From the IMG/VR virus record IMGVR_UViG_3300013121_000017, positions 1 through 64,000 of that record: DNA of 64,000 bases; one strand, given 5' to 3'. Shown in pieces: positions 49,801 through 57,277 of the stretch (the stretch's first letter is position 1; each line of letters begins with the position of its first letter). A program made the position numbers and the translations under genes. Origin of the DNA: a virus (Duplodnaviria; Caudoviricetes). The notes beneath the pieces are model-generated. The model searched no databases and had not been told where the DNA came from. It saw only the letters and a program-made list of their open reading frames with translations.

Positions 49801-49991
49801 TCGAAATGGGTGCTGCAACGAACGTAACCAATGCTTCGTTGTATGGCTGGGGTGCTGCTTCCACAACGTTTACCTCGGTCAGCAACGCGGCGACGTTCTT
49901 CCCGCTGCCGAGTTCGCTGCCCATCGCCAACCTGTCTACCCAGTCAACTTCGGCCTTTAGGTCGAACTACTGGATGCTGAGAGGCGTGTGA
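46809..49991 (+). CDS. long repeat fibre/adhesin-like protein
   Basis: About 15 copies of G..T..SGTL.LAGGNN[IV]TLSQ followed by a distinct C-terminal domain. Confidence 0.8.
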   Translation: MPVFNPPLFEQIGGNTTGTTALIQSGTLTLAGGNNITLSQASGNAITIIGGGGGIGYSGPQGNSAGIAQTMTSGTLVLAGGNNITLSQTTDGNGVTLSVVAGDYVQGFGVSTDGNTAGFTGTFSTGNLILVGGNNITLSQGAPYITINGPSADGGIYYGGIAGNTVGDAGTMSVGSLVLAGGGNYITLSQITGTNGHTVSILGATHPSLVFYNIGGNTDGDVGTLDNGSLQLVGAGDITLSQGTGVSGITLTISSPVQTVQTQNMIAASLSGNTAGVLALVSSGTLILAGGNNITLSQNGQSVTISGGAGGAGLSAGVSNAGNTVGDTGVISTGNLVFAGGNNITLSQVTDTAGATITVSAFNQTLQTSNVHNVTLSGNTAGVMAQVSSGTLTLAGGNNITLSQNGNAVTISGANITQSTQTQNLHNVTLSGNTAGVMAQVSSGTLTLAGGNNITLSQNGNAVTISGPNTVAGVAGGISNLGNTAGTSSTFSTGTIVFAGGNNVTLSEATGAGGATITISAFNQTTQTQNLHNVTLSGNTAGVMAQVSSGTLTLAGGNNITLSQNGNAVTISAFNQTTQTQNLHNVTLSGNTAGVMAQVSSGTLTLAGGNNITLSQNGNAVTISGVNTVAQTTQTQNLHNLTLAGNSTSAGAGYIQVSSGTLTLAGGNNITLSQNGNAITISAGAGAGGVNVGVSTVGNTAGSTGVYGTGNVVLAGGNNVTLSQSTNAGGATITVSAGAGGGGIAASIGGGNSTSAGAGYSNITSGTLFLAGGNNITLSQNGASITISSPNHISGSLWPSPLPVSTSASTYGSGSTSAGAGGNSTQSGYTFTLYAQPVMIPTPIVFSKLQAVISNNTSAGTGSATQMWSFGLYTLNGANLSLVQDFYGGVVVSQNSQTSVIYSVFTFSTAGQSSDARGWAGITGSAGSIASANGVTISSVAGAYAARIVELDDAGQNITLSGGNYWLVKGFYQLTSNANVLSHVGWVQQAQLSATHLFEMGAATNVTNASLYGWGAASTTFTSVSNAATFFPLPSSLPIANLSTQSTSAFRSNYWMLRGV

Positions 49992-50022
49992 TTCTTCTGA
50001 GCCATCAGACTATAATGATGGC

Positions 50023-50739
50023 ATGAAACCACAAATCGTATTCCAAGATACCGCTGGTGTTCACAATTCTGGGGACGCCAGCGGTAGACTGATGAAGGGC
50101 AACACCTACAAGGACGTTTCCACCGTATGTGTTGTGCCGACCAGGGGTATGATTCCCGCCAAAGTCGTGCAAAGCTGGATGGGCATGATGACGCCCATGA
50201 ACCAGAAGTTCTTCCGCATTTTCGCAATCAACATGGAAGTTGGGGAAGCGTACAACCACACCATCGAGAACATCGTCAACCACCCCGAACTCGGCAAGTG
50301 GAAGTACATTTTGACGCTCGAAGAAGACAACCTGCCGCCGCCGGACGGTCTGTTGAAGCTCTACGAAGGCATGAAGGAATTCGATGTGATCGGTGGTCTG
50401 TACTGGACAAAGGGCGAAGGCGGGCAGCCAATGATCTACGGCGACCCCAAGTCAATCCCTCTCAACTTCATTCCCCAGGTTCCAAGGCCGGATACAATTC
50501 AGGCGTGCTGTGGACTCGGCATGGGTTTCACTCTGTTCAAGATGTCAGTCTTCAAGGAAGGCAAGATCGAGAAACCCTGGTTCAAAACATGTCAGGATTT
50601 TGTTCCTGGCGTGGGAGCAAGAGCATACACTCAGGATTTGTTCTTCTTTGAGAAGGCTCACAGGCAGGGATACAAGATGGCCTGTGATACCCGCGTCAAG
50701 GTCGGACACTACGACGTTGGCGCGGATATTGTTTGGTAG
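50023..50739 (+). CDS. GT-A fold glycosyltransferase-like protein
   Basis: VPTRG, LTLEEDN (DxD-like), GGLYW.K, GMGFTLF, QDLFF and D.RVKVGH motifs; TATAAT-N6-ATG. Confidence 0.75.
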   Translation: MKPQIVFQDTAGVHNSGDASGRLMKGNTYKDVSTVCVVPTRGMIPAKVVQSWMGMMTPMNQKFFRIFAINMEVGEAYNHTIENIVNHPELGKWKYILTLEEDNLPPPDGLLKLYEGMKEFDVIGGLYWTKGEGGQPMIYGDPKSIPLNFIPQVPRPDTIQACCGLGMGFTLFKMSVFKEGKIEKPWFKTCQDFVPGVGARAYTQDLFFFEKAHRQGYKMACDTRVKVGHYDVGADIVW

Positions 50740-50766
50740 CCTGATAGTAGCCCACTATAATTGGGC

Positions 50767-51222
50767 ATGAGCAAGACACCAATCAATGACGGACTCACGA
50801 AGTACGAGAGATACCGTCTCAAAGACGTAGAAGCCTACCGGGCGAAGAAACGCGACCACGCCAAGACTGACGAACAGCGACGGAAACGCTGCGAGTACAT
50901 GAGAGCTTGGAGGGAGAAGAACAGGGCAAGGCACAATGAACTGGCACGGGAAAGCCACGCCAGGAACAAGCACAAGCACGTTGAAAAGAAGCGTGCGCAT
51001 CACTTCATGACGACGTATGGCTTGACGCTCGAAGAGCGTGACGCCTTGATTAAGTCTCAGGATGGGAAGTGCAAGATCTGCCAGGAAATCAAGCCGCTTC
51101 ACTGTGACCACGATCACACAACCGGCGAGTTCAGAGGCATGATCTGCATGACATGCAACACTCATCTAGGATGGTACGAGAAGGTCGGAAAACAAGCCAT
51201 CGAAGATTACCTGAAAGGGTGA
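50767..51222 (+). CDS. endonuclease VII-family nuclease (probable homing endonuclease)
   Basis: YGLT...Q.GKC.IC...DHDHTTG..RG..C..CN..LG motif. Confidence 0.9.
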   Translation: MSKTPINDGLTKYERYRLKDVEAYRAKKRDHAKTDEQRRKRCEYMRAWREKNRARHNELARESHARNKHKHVEKKRAHHFMTTYGLTLEERDALIKSQDGKCKICQEIKPLHCDHDHTTGEFRGMICMTCNTHLGWYEKVGKQAIEDYLKG

Positions 51223-51233
51223 AAGGAAACGAA

Positions 51234-51818
51234 ATGGGAAAGAAAAACAAGATCCAGCCTGTTCCTCCAATGGTCCCCGCTCCTACTGCGACCCCGGCGG
51301 AAGCCGCTCCTGTCGTGGTCAAGCTGGACATTGCCTGTGGTCAGAACAAACAGCCAGGATTCGTCGGCATAGACATCGCACCTTGCGAGGGCGTGGATAT
51401 TGTCCACGACCTTAACGTCTACCCCTGGCCAGTCCAAGACAACTCGGTAGACGAGGCGTTCTGTTCCCACTTTGTCGAACACGTCGGCTGTCTTATGAAG
51501 TTCATGGATGAGTGTTACCGGATCATGAAACCGGGTGCAAAACTGACGGTCATTGCACCGTACTACACGTCCATGCGGTGCTGGCAAGACCCGACGCACG
51601 TCCGCGCCATCTCCGAGGCCAGCTTCCTGTATTACAACAAGGACTGGCGGAAGGTCAACAGGCTGGATCACTACCCCATCACCTGCGACTTCGACTTCAC
51701 CTACGGCTACGTCCTGACCCCGGACTGGGCCAACCGCTCCGAAGAGGCTCGAAACTTCGCAATTCGCCACTACTGGAACGTGATCAGCGACATTCAGGTC
51801 ACACTCACCAAGAAGTAA
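51234..51818 (+). CDS. SAM methyltransferase (Methyltransf_11-like)
   Basis: LDIACG, GIDI, HDLN..PWP, SHFVEH and QDPTH; paralogous to the C-terminal domain of 34129..35361. Confidence 0.85.
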   Translation: MGKKNKIQPVPPMVPAPTATPAEAAPVVVKLDIACGQNKQPGFVGIDIAPCEGVDIVHDLNVYPWPVQDNSVDEAFCSHFVEHVGCLMKFMDECYRIMKPGAKLTVIAPYYTSMRCWQDPTHVRAISEASFLYYNKDWRKVNRLDHYPITCDFDFTYGYVLTPDWANRSEEARNFAIRHYWNVISDIQVTLTKK

Positions 51819-51841
51819 CGGCCAGCAGCGGTAAATAAGGC

Positions 51842-52321
51842 ATGCTGTACTGGTATGCCTTGCAAAATCTGAACATGGGAACCTACACGCTGCACGCCGA
51901 GGGCAGCGGTGGGTTCACCATCGGCGGCATTGCGGCTGTTGTTGTCATAATCAACAGAGAAAAGCCCAAGAAGACCGTCGTCGTCTACTCTTCGCCAAAG
52001 GTTCGCGAAGAGATGCTGGCCCTGGCCGGCGAATACATGGATCGGCTATCTCATCTGGATGGCTTGACACCGCTGCCCGATCCGCCAAAGGGTGTTGTCG
52101 TTATTGAACGACATTCTCCAGCCAACGAATCCCTCAATACAGCTATCCAAAAAGCAACCGCACAACTGTCGCGGCTAAATAGCATGACGCCGCTACCCAA
52201 CCCGCCAAAGGGTGTCATTATTGTCCAGAAGGATGTTCACGGCAATGAAGCCGAGATCAATGACGCTATCCTCAAGGCCAAAAGCAAGCTGTCGCGGCTC
52301 GCAGTAATCTCGGAGGGATAA
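51842..52321 (+). CDS. hypothetical protein with an internal duplication of about 40 aa
   Basis: LS.L...TPLP.PPKGV occurs twice; TAAATA-N4-ATG. Confidence 0.6.
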   Translation: MLYWYALQNLNMGTYTLHAEGSGGFTIGGIAAVVVIINREKPKKTVVVYSSPKVREEMLALAGEYMDRLSHLDGLTPLPDPPKGVVVIERHSPANESLNTAIQKATAQLSRLNSMTPLPNPPKGVIIVQKDVHGNEAEINDAILKAKSKLSRLAVISEG

Positions 52322-52638
52322 TGAGTATCAAAATCGGCGGCTGTGCTGCTTTCAAAATCATCAAGAAATACGAATACGACTTCGCCGAAGGGTCAGTCGT
52401 ATACTTCATTCCCAAGGCAAAGAAGGGGATTCTGGAGCCGCACGCCATCAAGGAAGCGATGATGAAGTTCATCAATGGTAACGACATGTCGCCTATTTTT
52501 CTGTACAAGGACTCATTCAACGCCTACTTCAACGGCAATGAGCTTTGCAGTCAAGCAGACGCCATCGCCTACGCCAAAGCGTTCTACGAGGGGCAGATTG
52601 CAACCCTGGAAAACGCGCTGAGAAATACTTGTCCGTAA
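52321..52638 (+). CDS. hypothetical protein
   Basis: TAATG coupling; GGAGG RBS. Confidence 0.65.
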   Translation: MSIKIGGCAAFKIIKKYEYDFAEGSVVYFIPKAKKGILEPHAIKEAMMKFINGNDMSPIFLYKDSFNAYFNGNELCSQADAIAYAKAFYEGQIATLENALRNTCP

Positions 52639-52708
52639 GTCTGCAAGGTTTCAGAGACAGCTATTCGGCTATCGTGTATGTGTATCGCCCCCCCCAAATT
52701 GGAGGACT

Positions 52709-53242
52709 ATGCACGATCATTTGAAAGCTGAGATTGAACTGATGGGCTACAAGGCCCAGGACATCAAGACCACCACACACGCAGAGCAAGACTTCCTCAT
52801 CATGACGCGGCTGATGAAAATCACCCGCAGTGATGACTTCACCGAGGAAGAGCTTCAATTCTACCAGACTGCTGCCGCCGTCGCTGCCGATGATCGGTAT
52901 GTCGTGGGCAGCCGCATCCTCACCAAAGACTTCTCTGAAGAAGAACTGAAGGATTACCAGTGGTCCGCAGAACACCCAACCGGGTCATGTCGCGGCTTCC
53001 GCCTAACGGAAGACCCCACCGAAGAAGAAGTCAAGGAATGGCAGGAAACAACTGAGTGGTTGAACAAACTGGATCTCGTAGCACTTCGCAAAAAGGTGGA
53101 GTTCGAGCGAGAGGAGCCGGAACCCGTTTTGCCGCAAGGTGAAGATCCCGATTACAACCCGCATAGCTGGGAAGGTGTTGTGGCCCAGTGTCCGCTGGGG
53201 ACCGATCCGTACCACCTCAGACCAGACAACTGGTGCTGGTAG
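52709..53242 (+). CDS. acidic hypothetical protein with three D-[FP]-[TS]-EEE repeats
   Basis: GGAGG RBS; DFTEEELQFYQ, DFSEEELKDYQ and DPTEEEVKEWQ. Confidence 0.65.
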   Translation: MHDHLKAEIELMGYKAQDIKTTTHAEQDFLIMTRLMKITRSDDFTEEELQFYQTAAAVAADDRYVVGSRILTKDFSEEELKDYQWSAEHPTGSCRGFRLTEDPTEEEVKEWQETTEWLNKLDLVALRKKVEFEREEPEPVLPQGEDPDYNPHSWEGVVAQCPLGTDPYHLRPDNWCW

Positions 53243-53972
53243 GCCATCCGTCCAGGCATTCGAGGAGTTCGTCCTGTCGGGCGATGTATTCCCGGCCATC
53301 ACGACCCGGCAGGCAGCCGAGGCGGTTTGGCTGGGCGAGATCGCGCGACGACATGAATCCATGCCAGACGTAGGAGCCGCGCGGGCCGTTGCCCGACCGC
53401 CGGTTCTCCTCATCACGGATGTCGCCGGTCATCAATGACATGACGTGAATGCGGTTGAAGAATGTGTCGTTGTTCTTCCACGTTGCCAGCGTCAGCCGGC
53501 CCGAGGGGTACTCGGTCGTCTTCACGTCGATGATGCGGCCTTCAAGAGTATGATCGCCGTCGTCGTCCTTCACCTTGCGGGCTGCGACAAGAAACTGACC
53601 AGCGGGGTAGATGTTGAAGAGCTTGGCGAACGCCAGTTCACCGGCGAGGCCGTTCTGTTCGATGAACTTTTCTCGCTCAGTTCCTGGCTTGCTGTCCTGA
53701 ATCATGTTCTTCGCGCCGGCTGCCCGAGCCGCCTTGGTTCGCTCAGGACCAACGCGGAGGGCCAGGGCGATCTCGAAGCCGGAAAGCTGCACCCGACAGC
53801 CTTTGGTGGGCTTCTGGGCCTCCCTGTCGGCATTCCAGGGCAGACGGTCCATCGCCTTGTACGGGTAGAGGTTCTTCAGCTTGCAGTAGTTGATGTACTC
53901 GGAAATGGCCGTCCGGTCGGCGTCGTCACGAAGAATGGCCTGTTGTTCAACCACGAAAATCGAGTAGTCCAT
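53217..53972 (-). CDS. putative PD-(D/E)XK nuclease-like protein
   Basis: G.AGELAFA...D.GD...IDVKTT motif. Confidence 0.6.
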   Translation of the reverse strand: MDYSIFVVEQQAILRDDADRTAISEYINYCKLKNLYPYKAMDRLPWNADREAQKPTKGCRVQLSGFEIALALRVGPERTKAARAAGAKNMIQDSKPGTEREKFIEQNGLAGELAFAKLFNIYPAGQFLVAARKVKDDDGDHTLEGRIIDVKTTEYPSGRLTLATWKNNDTFFNRIHVMSLMTGDIRDEENRRSGNGPRGSYVWHGFMSSRDLAQPNRLGCLPGRDGREYIARQDELLECLDGWPTSTSCLV

Positions 53973-54021
53973 ACGTCACCTCCGTATGTCATTCTACCCG
54001 TTTTCGCACGTCTTTACAATG

Positions 54022-54621
54022 TCAGTCGATTTTTCGCGCCTTGCTGAGGTACTGCGAATCACGTTCGTCACCATCTGGTTTCCAGATAATAATTCCGTAG
54101 TGGTCGTAGTCTTCGCCGTCTGCGTCTTGGTCGTACCACCGCTCATCGAACTCTTCGTAGGTGAGGTAGCCACGCCGACCCTTCAGAACCGGGTCTTCAA
54201 AAAAGATGGCCTCGTCGTCGTAACCTATTGCCACGACGTAATGTCCGCTCTGCCGCTTCTTGTAGTATTTCTTCGAGCCGTATGCCTGGATGGGAACGAT
54301 GACGGGCCGCTCAAGGTCGAGCATGTTCTTCAACTGTCGCACCGTCATGTTGTGTTTCTGTTTAACGCAAAGGCCGTAGTCTCTGGCGGTTGCGACGATG
54401 TCTTTGGGGCGAGTTCCGTCGTGGTAGTTGGTGTTCATCATCTTGATGAACTTCTCTTCTTCGTCGGGGCCGACCTTGAAGTATTGGAAAATGGATCTCA
54501 GCGCGGCAGCCCCACAAGAATACTTGGTGGTTTGCCGCACACTTTGGAGCGGAACCTTGATGCTGTCTAGGATTTCCCGCTTCTCCATGATGATCCACAG
54601 CTTGAACGACGGAACTCTCAT
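54022..54621 (-). CDS. C39-family cysteine peptidase
   Basis: VRQTT.YSCGAAAL, GT.P, GHYVVAIGYD and FEDP motifs; TAAATA-N5-ATG. Confidence 0.9.
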   Translation of the reverse strand: MRVPSFKLWIIMEKREILDSIKVPLQSVRQTTKYSCGAAALRSIFQYFKVGPDEEEKFIKMMNTNYHDGTRPKDIVATARDYGLCVKQKHNMTVRQLKNMLDLERPVIVPIQAYGSKKYYKKRQSGHYVVAIGYDDEAIFFEDPVLKGRRGYLTYEEFDERWYDQDADGEDYDHYGIIIWKPDGDERDSQYLSKARKID

Positions 54622-54634
54622 GGGGGTATTTAGG

Positions 54635-54865
54635 TCACCTCTTGGCCATCTTGGATGGGGCCGGGGCCGCAGCCCCTCCACCAGCGGCTCCACCGCCACT
54701 GGCACACGGACCCATCGTTCCCGAGCAACCTTTGTTGTCCTTCTTGTAGCTTTTGCCGAAACGGTCTTCTGCACTCTTCTGGGGCGTGCGGGTATACGGA
54801 TGGCCTGGGCAGCCCATCGTTCCGCACGATTCTTCCGTTTTCAGCCAGTCTTTGAAGTCACCCAT
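54635..54865 (-). CDS. small Cys/Gly-rich protein with a capsid-targeting-like N-terminus
   Basis: Starts MGDFKDWLKTEE; TACATA-N5-ATG; two C/GTMG/C motifs. Confidence 0.7.
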   Translation of the reverse strand: MGDFKDWLKTEESCGTMGCPGHPYTRTPQKSAEDRFGKSYKKDNKGCSGTMGPCASGGGAAGGGAAAPAPSKMAKR

Positions 54866-54870
54866 ACCGA

Positions 54871-54876
54871 TATGTA
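54871..54876 (-). promoter_or_regulatory. TAnATA putative late promoter (TACATA-N5-ATG), representative copy
   Basis: The same hexamer recurs with the same spacing before at least 12 starts (see findings). Confidence 0.6.
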
Positions 54877-54882
54877 GCCGTC

Positions 54883-54917
54883 AAAAGCAAAAGACCCGCA
54901 CTGTTGTGCGGGTCTTT
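54883..54917 (-). terminator. intrinsic terminator
   Basis: Minus strand AAAGACCCGCAC-AACA-GTGCGGGTCTTTTGCTTTT, just after the stop codon at 54920. Confidence 0.8.
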
Positions 54918-54919
54918 CG

Positions 54920-55407
54920 TTACCAGTCCCATTCGTCGTCCAGGGTTCTGAATACCCGGCGTGGGAACTTTAGAATGACTGGTTCTGGCTCGTAGCCTCC
55001 TGGGTCGAGGACCACAGGGGTTTGAGTCAACGGCACATGTGGTGCATAGATGTAGCCCGCATCGCGGAAGTCTTGGGCCGTGACGCCGTGGAGGATTCCT
55101 TTGTACGTCGGGAGGCTTGCAAGCACTTGATTGCCAGCATCTGCTGCCACGGAATCTTGCTCTCGGCCACCACAAGAATCAGCATCGCGCACATCTTGCC
55201 GTCCACCACCGCCATCATGTTCAGAAAAATCCAGGGCCACAGTTGTCCGTGTTCCTCTCGGTTGTAGAGCTTGAGCAGTTGTGGTCCCACTTCCAGGCAT
55301 GTTGAGTAGATGTCCCGTCTGACGGGCTTTGGGAAGAAGTTGCAGGCGATTTTCTTGGCTGCCCGTCGCAGAGTCTTCTGCTGCAACCACACGTTATCGG
55401 TATTCAT
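54920..55407 (-). other. two-frame locus: RBS-led ORF (55027..55407) overlapping an out-of-frame major-capsid C-terminal homology segment that ends at 54920
   Basis: NQVL...YKG...DAGYIYAPHVPLTQTPVVLDP matches the capsid's NQILLGYKG...DSGYFYCPYVPLTQTPVVLDP but lies in a different frame from the GGAGG-ATG 55407 ORF. Confidence 0.6.
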
Positions 55408-55565
55408 TGCTGCCTCCGTTGTAGTGACCTCGGACCTCAACGGAGCAGACTCCGTCACTGTCGGTCGGTCGATTTTCCTTGGTATCTAGGGTCCATGAAT
55501 CTCTGGACACTCCTTGGGTGAGAAAAGCCCCTTCACTGGCATAATAAGAACGATGACGGCCCCCG

Positions 55566-56102
55566 TCAATGTCTAGTCAAAATTGCTTCTGAATAGATGA
55601 AGGTCAGGTCGAAACCCAGGACGGCGTTCTTAGAGGGAGCGATCTGCATGCTTGTCACCCTCCAGTCCTTCAACACCCACGTCCGGTCAGGGGTATCTAC
55701 GCCGAGCCAGTACGTCAATTCCGCAGTGGCGTGATGAACCATCTGAAGCTCTTCATGCTGGTCGATCAGCATAGATCCCACATTGTCGCCGTAGGCGAAG
55801 TAGGTGACCGTTACCGGCCTCCACGTCGGCCTGCCTCCGAACATGTAGCGACCGTTGGTCCCACCTAAGAGATCGACCATTTGAGCATGTTCGTCAAGGT
55901 TGGGTTCGACAGCGCACTCCACCCGCTCCTCGGGGATCAGCGACCACCCGTTGTGAAACACTTCCAGCGTCCAATAGCCATGTGGGATTGAGTACCGACG
56001 TGACTTGTCAGTTGACGGTTCGTACCCGAGATATTTGTTGATCCAGTTGTCATCCTTGGAGGAGATGATGTTCATCTTCTCCAGCACTTTGTCTTCACCC
56101 AT
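55566..56102 (-). CDS. tail tube protein-like (T4 gp19-like), divergent
   Basis: GRPTWRPVTVTYF, W.LK.W.VTS and F.LTF.YS.A pattern. Confidence 0.55.
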   Translation of the reverse strand: MGEDKVLEKMNIISSKDDNWINKYLGYEPSTDKSRRYSIPHGYWTLEVFHNGWSLIPEERVECAVEPNLDEHAQMVDLLGGTNGRYMFGGRPTWRPVTVTYFAYGDNVGSMLIDQHEELQMVHHATAELTYWLGVDTPDRTWVLKDWRVTSMQIAPSKNAVLGFDLTFIYSEAILTRH

Positions 56103-56121
56103 GTTCCCCCTTCATGAGCAA

Positions 56122-56682
56122 TTATAGATACTTGCGGACGCGGTAGGGGTTGCTCCGTTCCTGAAGGTACTTTGGAAAGCAAGGCGTGATGGCCTTCAGG
56201 AACCGCTGTGAGACTTCTGGGTCGAACACGACGATCTTCTTCTTGATCTGGCACGGGTAGTTGACTTCCTCAAACCATCGCTTGATGGTGTCGTGATCCT
56301 CAAGGTTGGCAACCCTGATATAAGCCTTGTTCCCACAGACGCCACCCTTGTCGAGGAACCAGACCGACAAGCCGATGTCCGAGAGTGTGTCAAGCCAAGG
56401 CATATTCACCTTCTTCTTGCACTCATTCTCGTCGTAACAAAGCTCACGAAAATCGTTCCACATCGGGTGCGAGCAGGACTCCCAGGTACGACCTTCCGTG
56501 TACGGATCGCGGGCGTATTCCTCAAGGTGCTTGCACTTGACGCGGAACCAGTTCAAATCGTCCGTGGCACGCATGTATAGAGAGTGATTCTTGCCCCGTG
56601 GATGCTTGCGACAACAAGACGTGCCGAGAAGCGTGCCGAGGATCACCTGTTTTTGGTAGCTGTGAAGTTGAAATGTACGCAT
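56122..56682 (-). CDS. LAGLIDADG endonuclease-like protein with degenerate catalytic motifs
   Basis: QKQVILGTLLGTS and LSDIGLSVWFLDKG helices. Confidence 0.7.
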   Translation of the reverse strand: MRTFQLHSYQKQVILGTLLGTSCCRKHPRGKNHSLYMRATDDLNWFRVKCKHLEEYARDPYTEGRTWESCSHPMWNDFRELCYDENECKKKVNMPWLDTLSDIGLSVWFLDKGGVCGNKAYIRVANLEDHDTIKRWFEEVNYPCQIKKKIVVFDPEVSQRFLKAITPCFPKYLQERSNPYRVRKYL

Positions 56683-56801
56683 GAGGCTATCTAGTCAACC
56701 TCCGCGTATTACTCGCAAACAGCAGACCAAAGAAAAACCGGGGTGCATACCTATTCTCACAAGGCGAGGAATTCGCAGAGTTTCAAACAAGGAGGACTCA
56801 C

Positions 56802-57116
56802 ATGGGTGCTACTTCAGTAACAGGCAAGGGCTTGGGCAGCGCAGAAGGCATGAACAAGGGTACGAGCCGTATGACGCTCGGCACAGGCCATCTGATCGGC
56901 CCGCATATCGTGGCTGCTGGCAACTTCACGTTGACTGGTTCCACGGGTGCGGTCGAGATTCCGACTCTGCCGGGTGTGGTTGGCGATTACAGCTTCCACG
57001 TCACGGCTGACACGGCCAACGCTGTTCACGTCACGTCGAAGGCCGTCACTGGCTTCACGATCAACGGAACCAGCGGCCAAGTCGTAAGCTGGATGGTCGT
57101 CAAGAACGGCCTGTAA
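56802..57116 (+). CDS. small putative structural protein
   Basis: AAGGAGG RBS; Gly/Thr-rich; ends in a gp53-like pattern TGFTING...VSWMV. Confidence 0.7.
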   Translation: MGATSVTGKGLGSAEGMNKGTSRMTLGTGHLIGPHIVAAGNFTLTGSTGAVEIPTLPGVVGDYSFHVTADTANAVHVTSKAVTGFTINGTSGQVVSWMVVKNGL

Positions 57117-57194
57117 CAAAACAACCGGCGAGGGTGTTCCTCGCCGGTCAGAAGGGTCGGCTCGCAAGAGCCGGGAAACGTCTCATCCTTTCGG

Positions 57195-57228
57195 TAAGCC
57201 TCGGGGTCGCTCCCGAGGCTTATTTTTT
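57195..57228 (+). terminator. intrinsic terminator
   Basis: TAAGCCTCGGG-GTCGCT-CCCGAGGCTTA followed by T6. Confidence 0.88.
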
Positions 57229-57277
57229 GGATGTCCAGTATATACACTCGAACTTGATAATCTTGGAGGTTTGAGAC

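Noticed and set aside
57121-57195. Hammerhead ribozyme in the structured spacer (also considered for 39378-39470)
   Set aside because: The CUGANGA and GAAA core elements are not correctly arranged on either strand.
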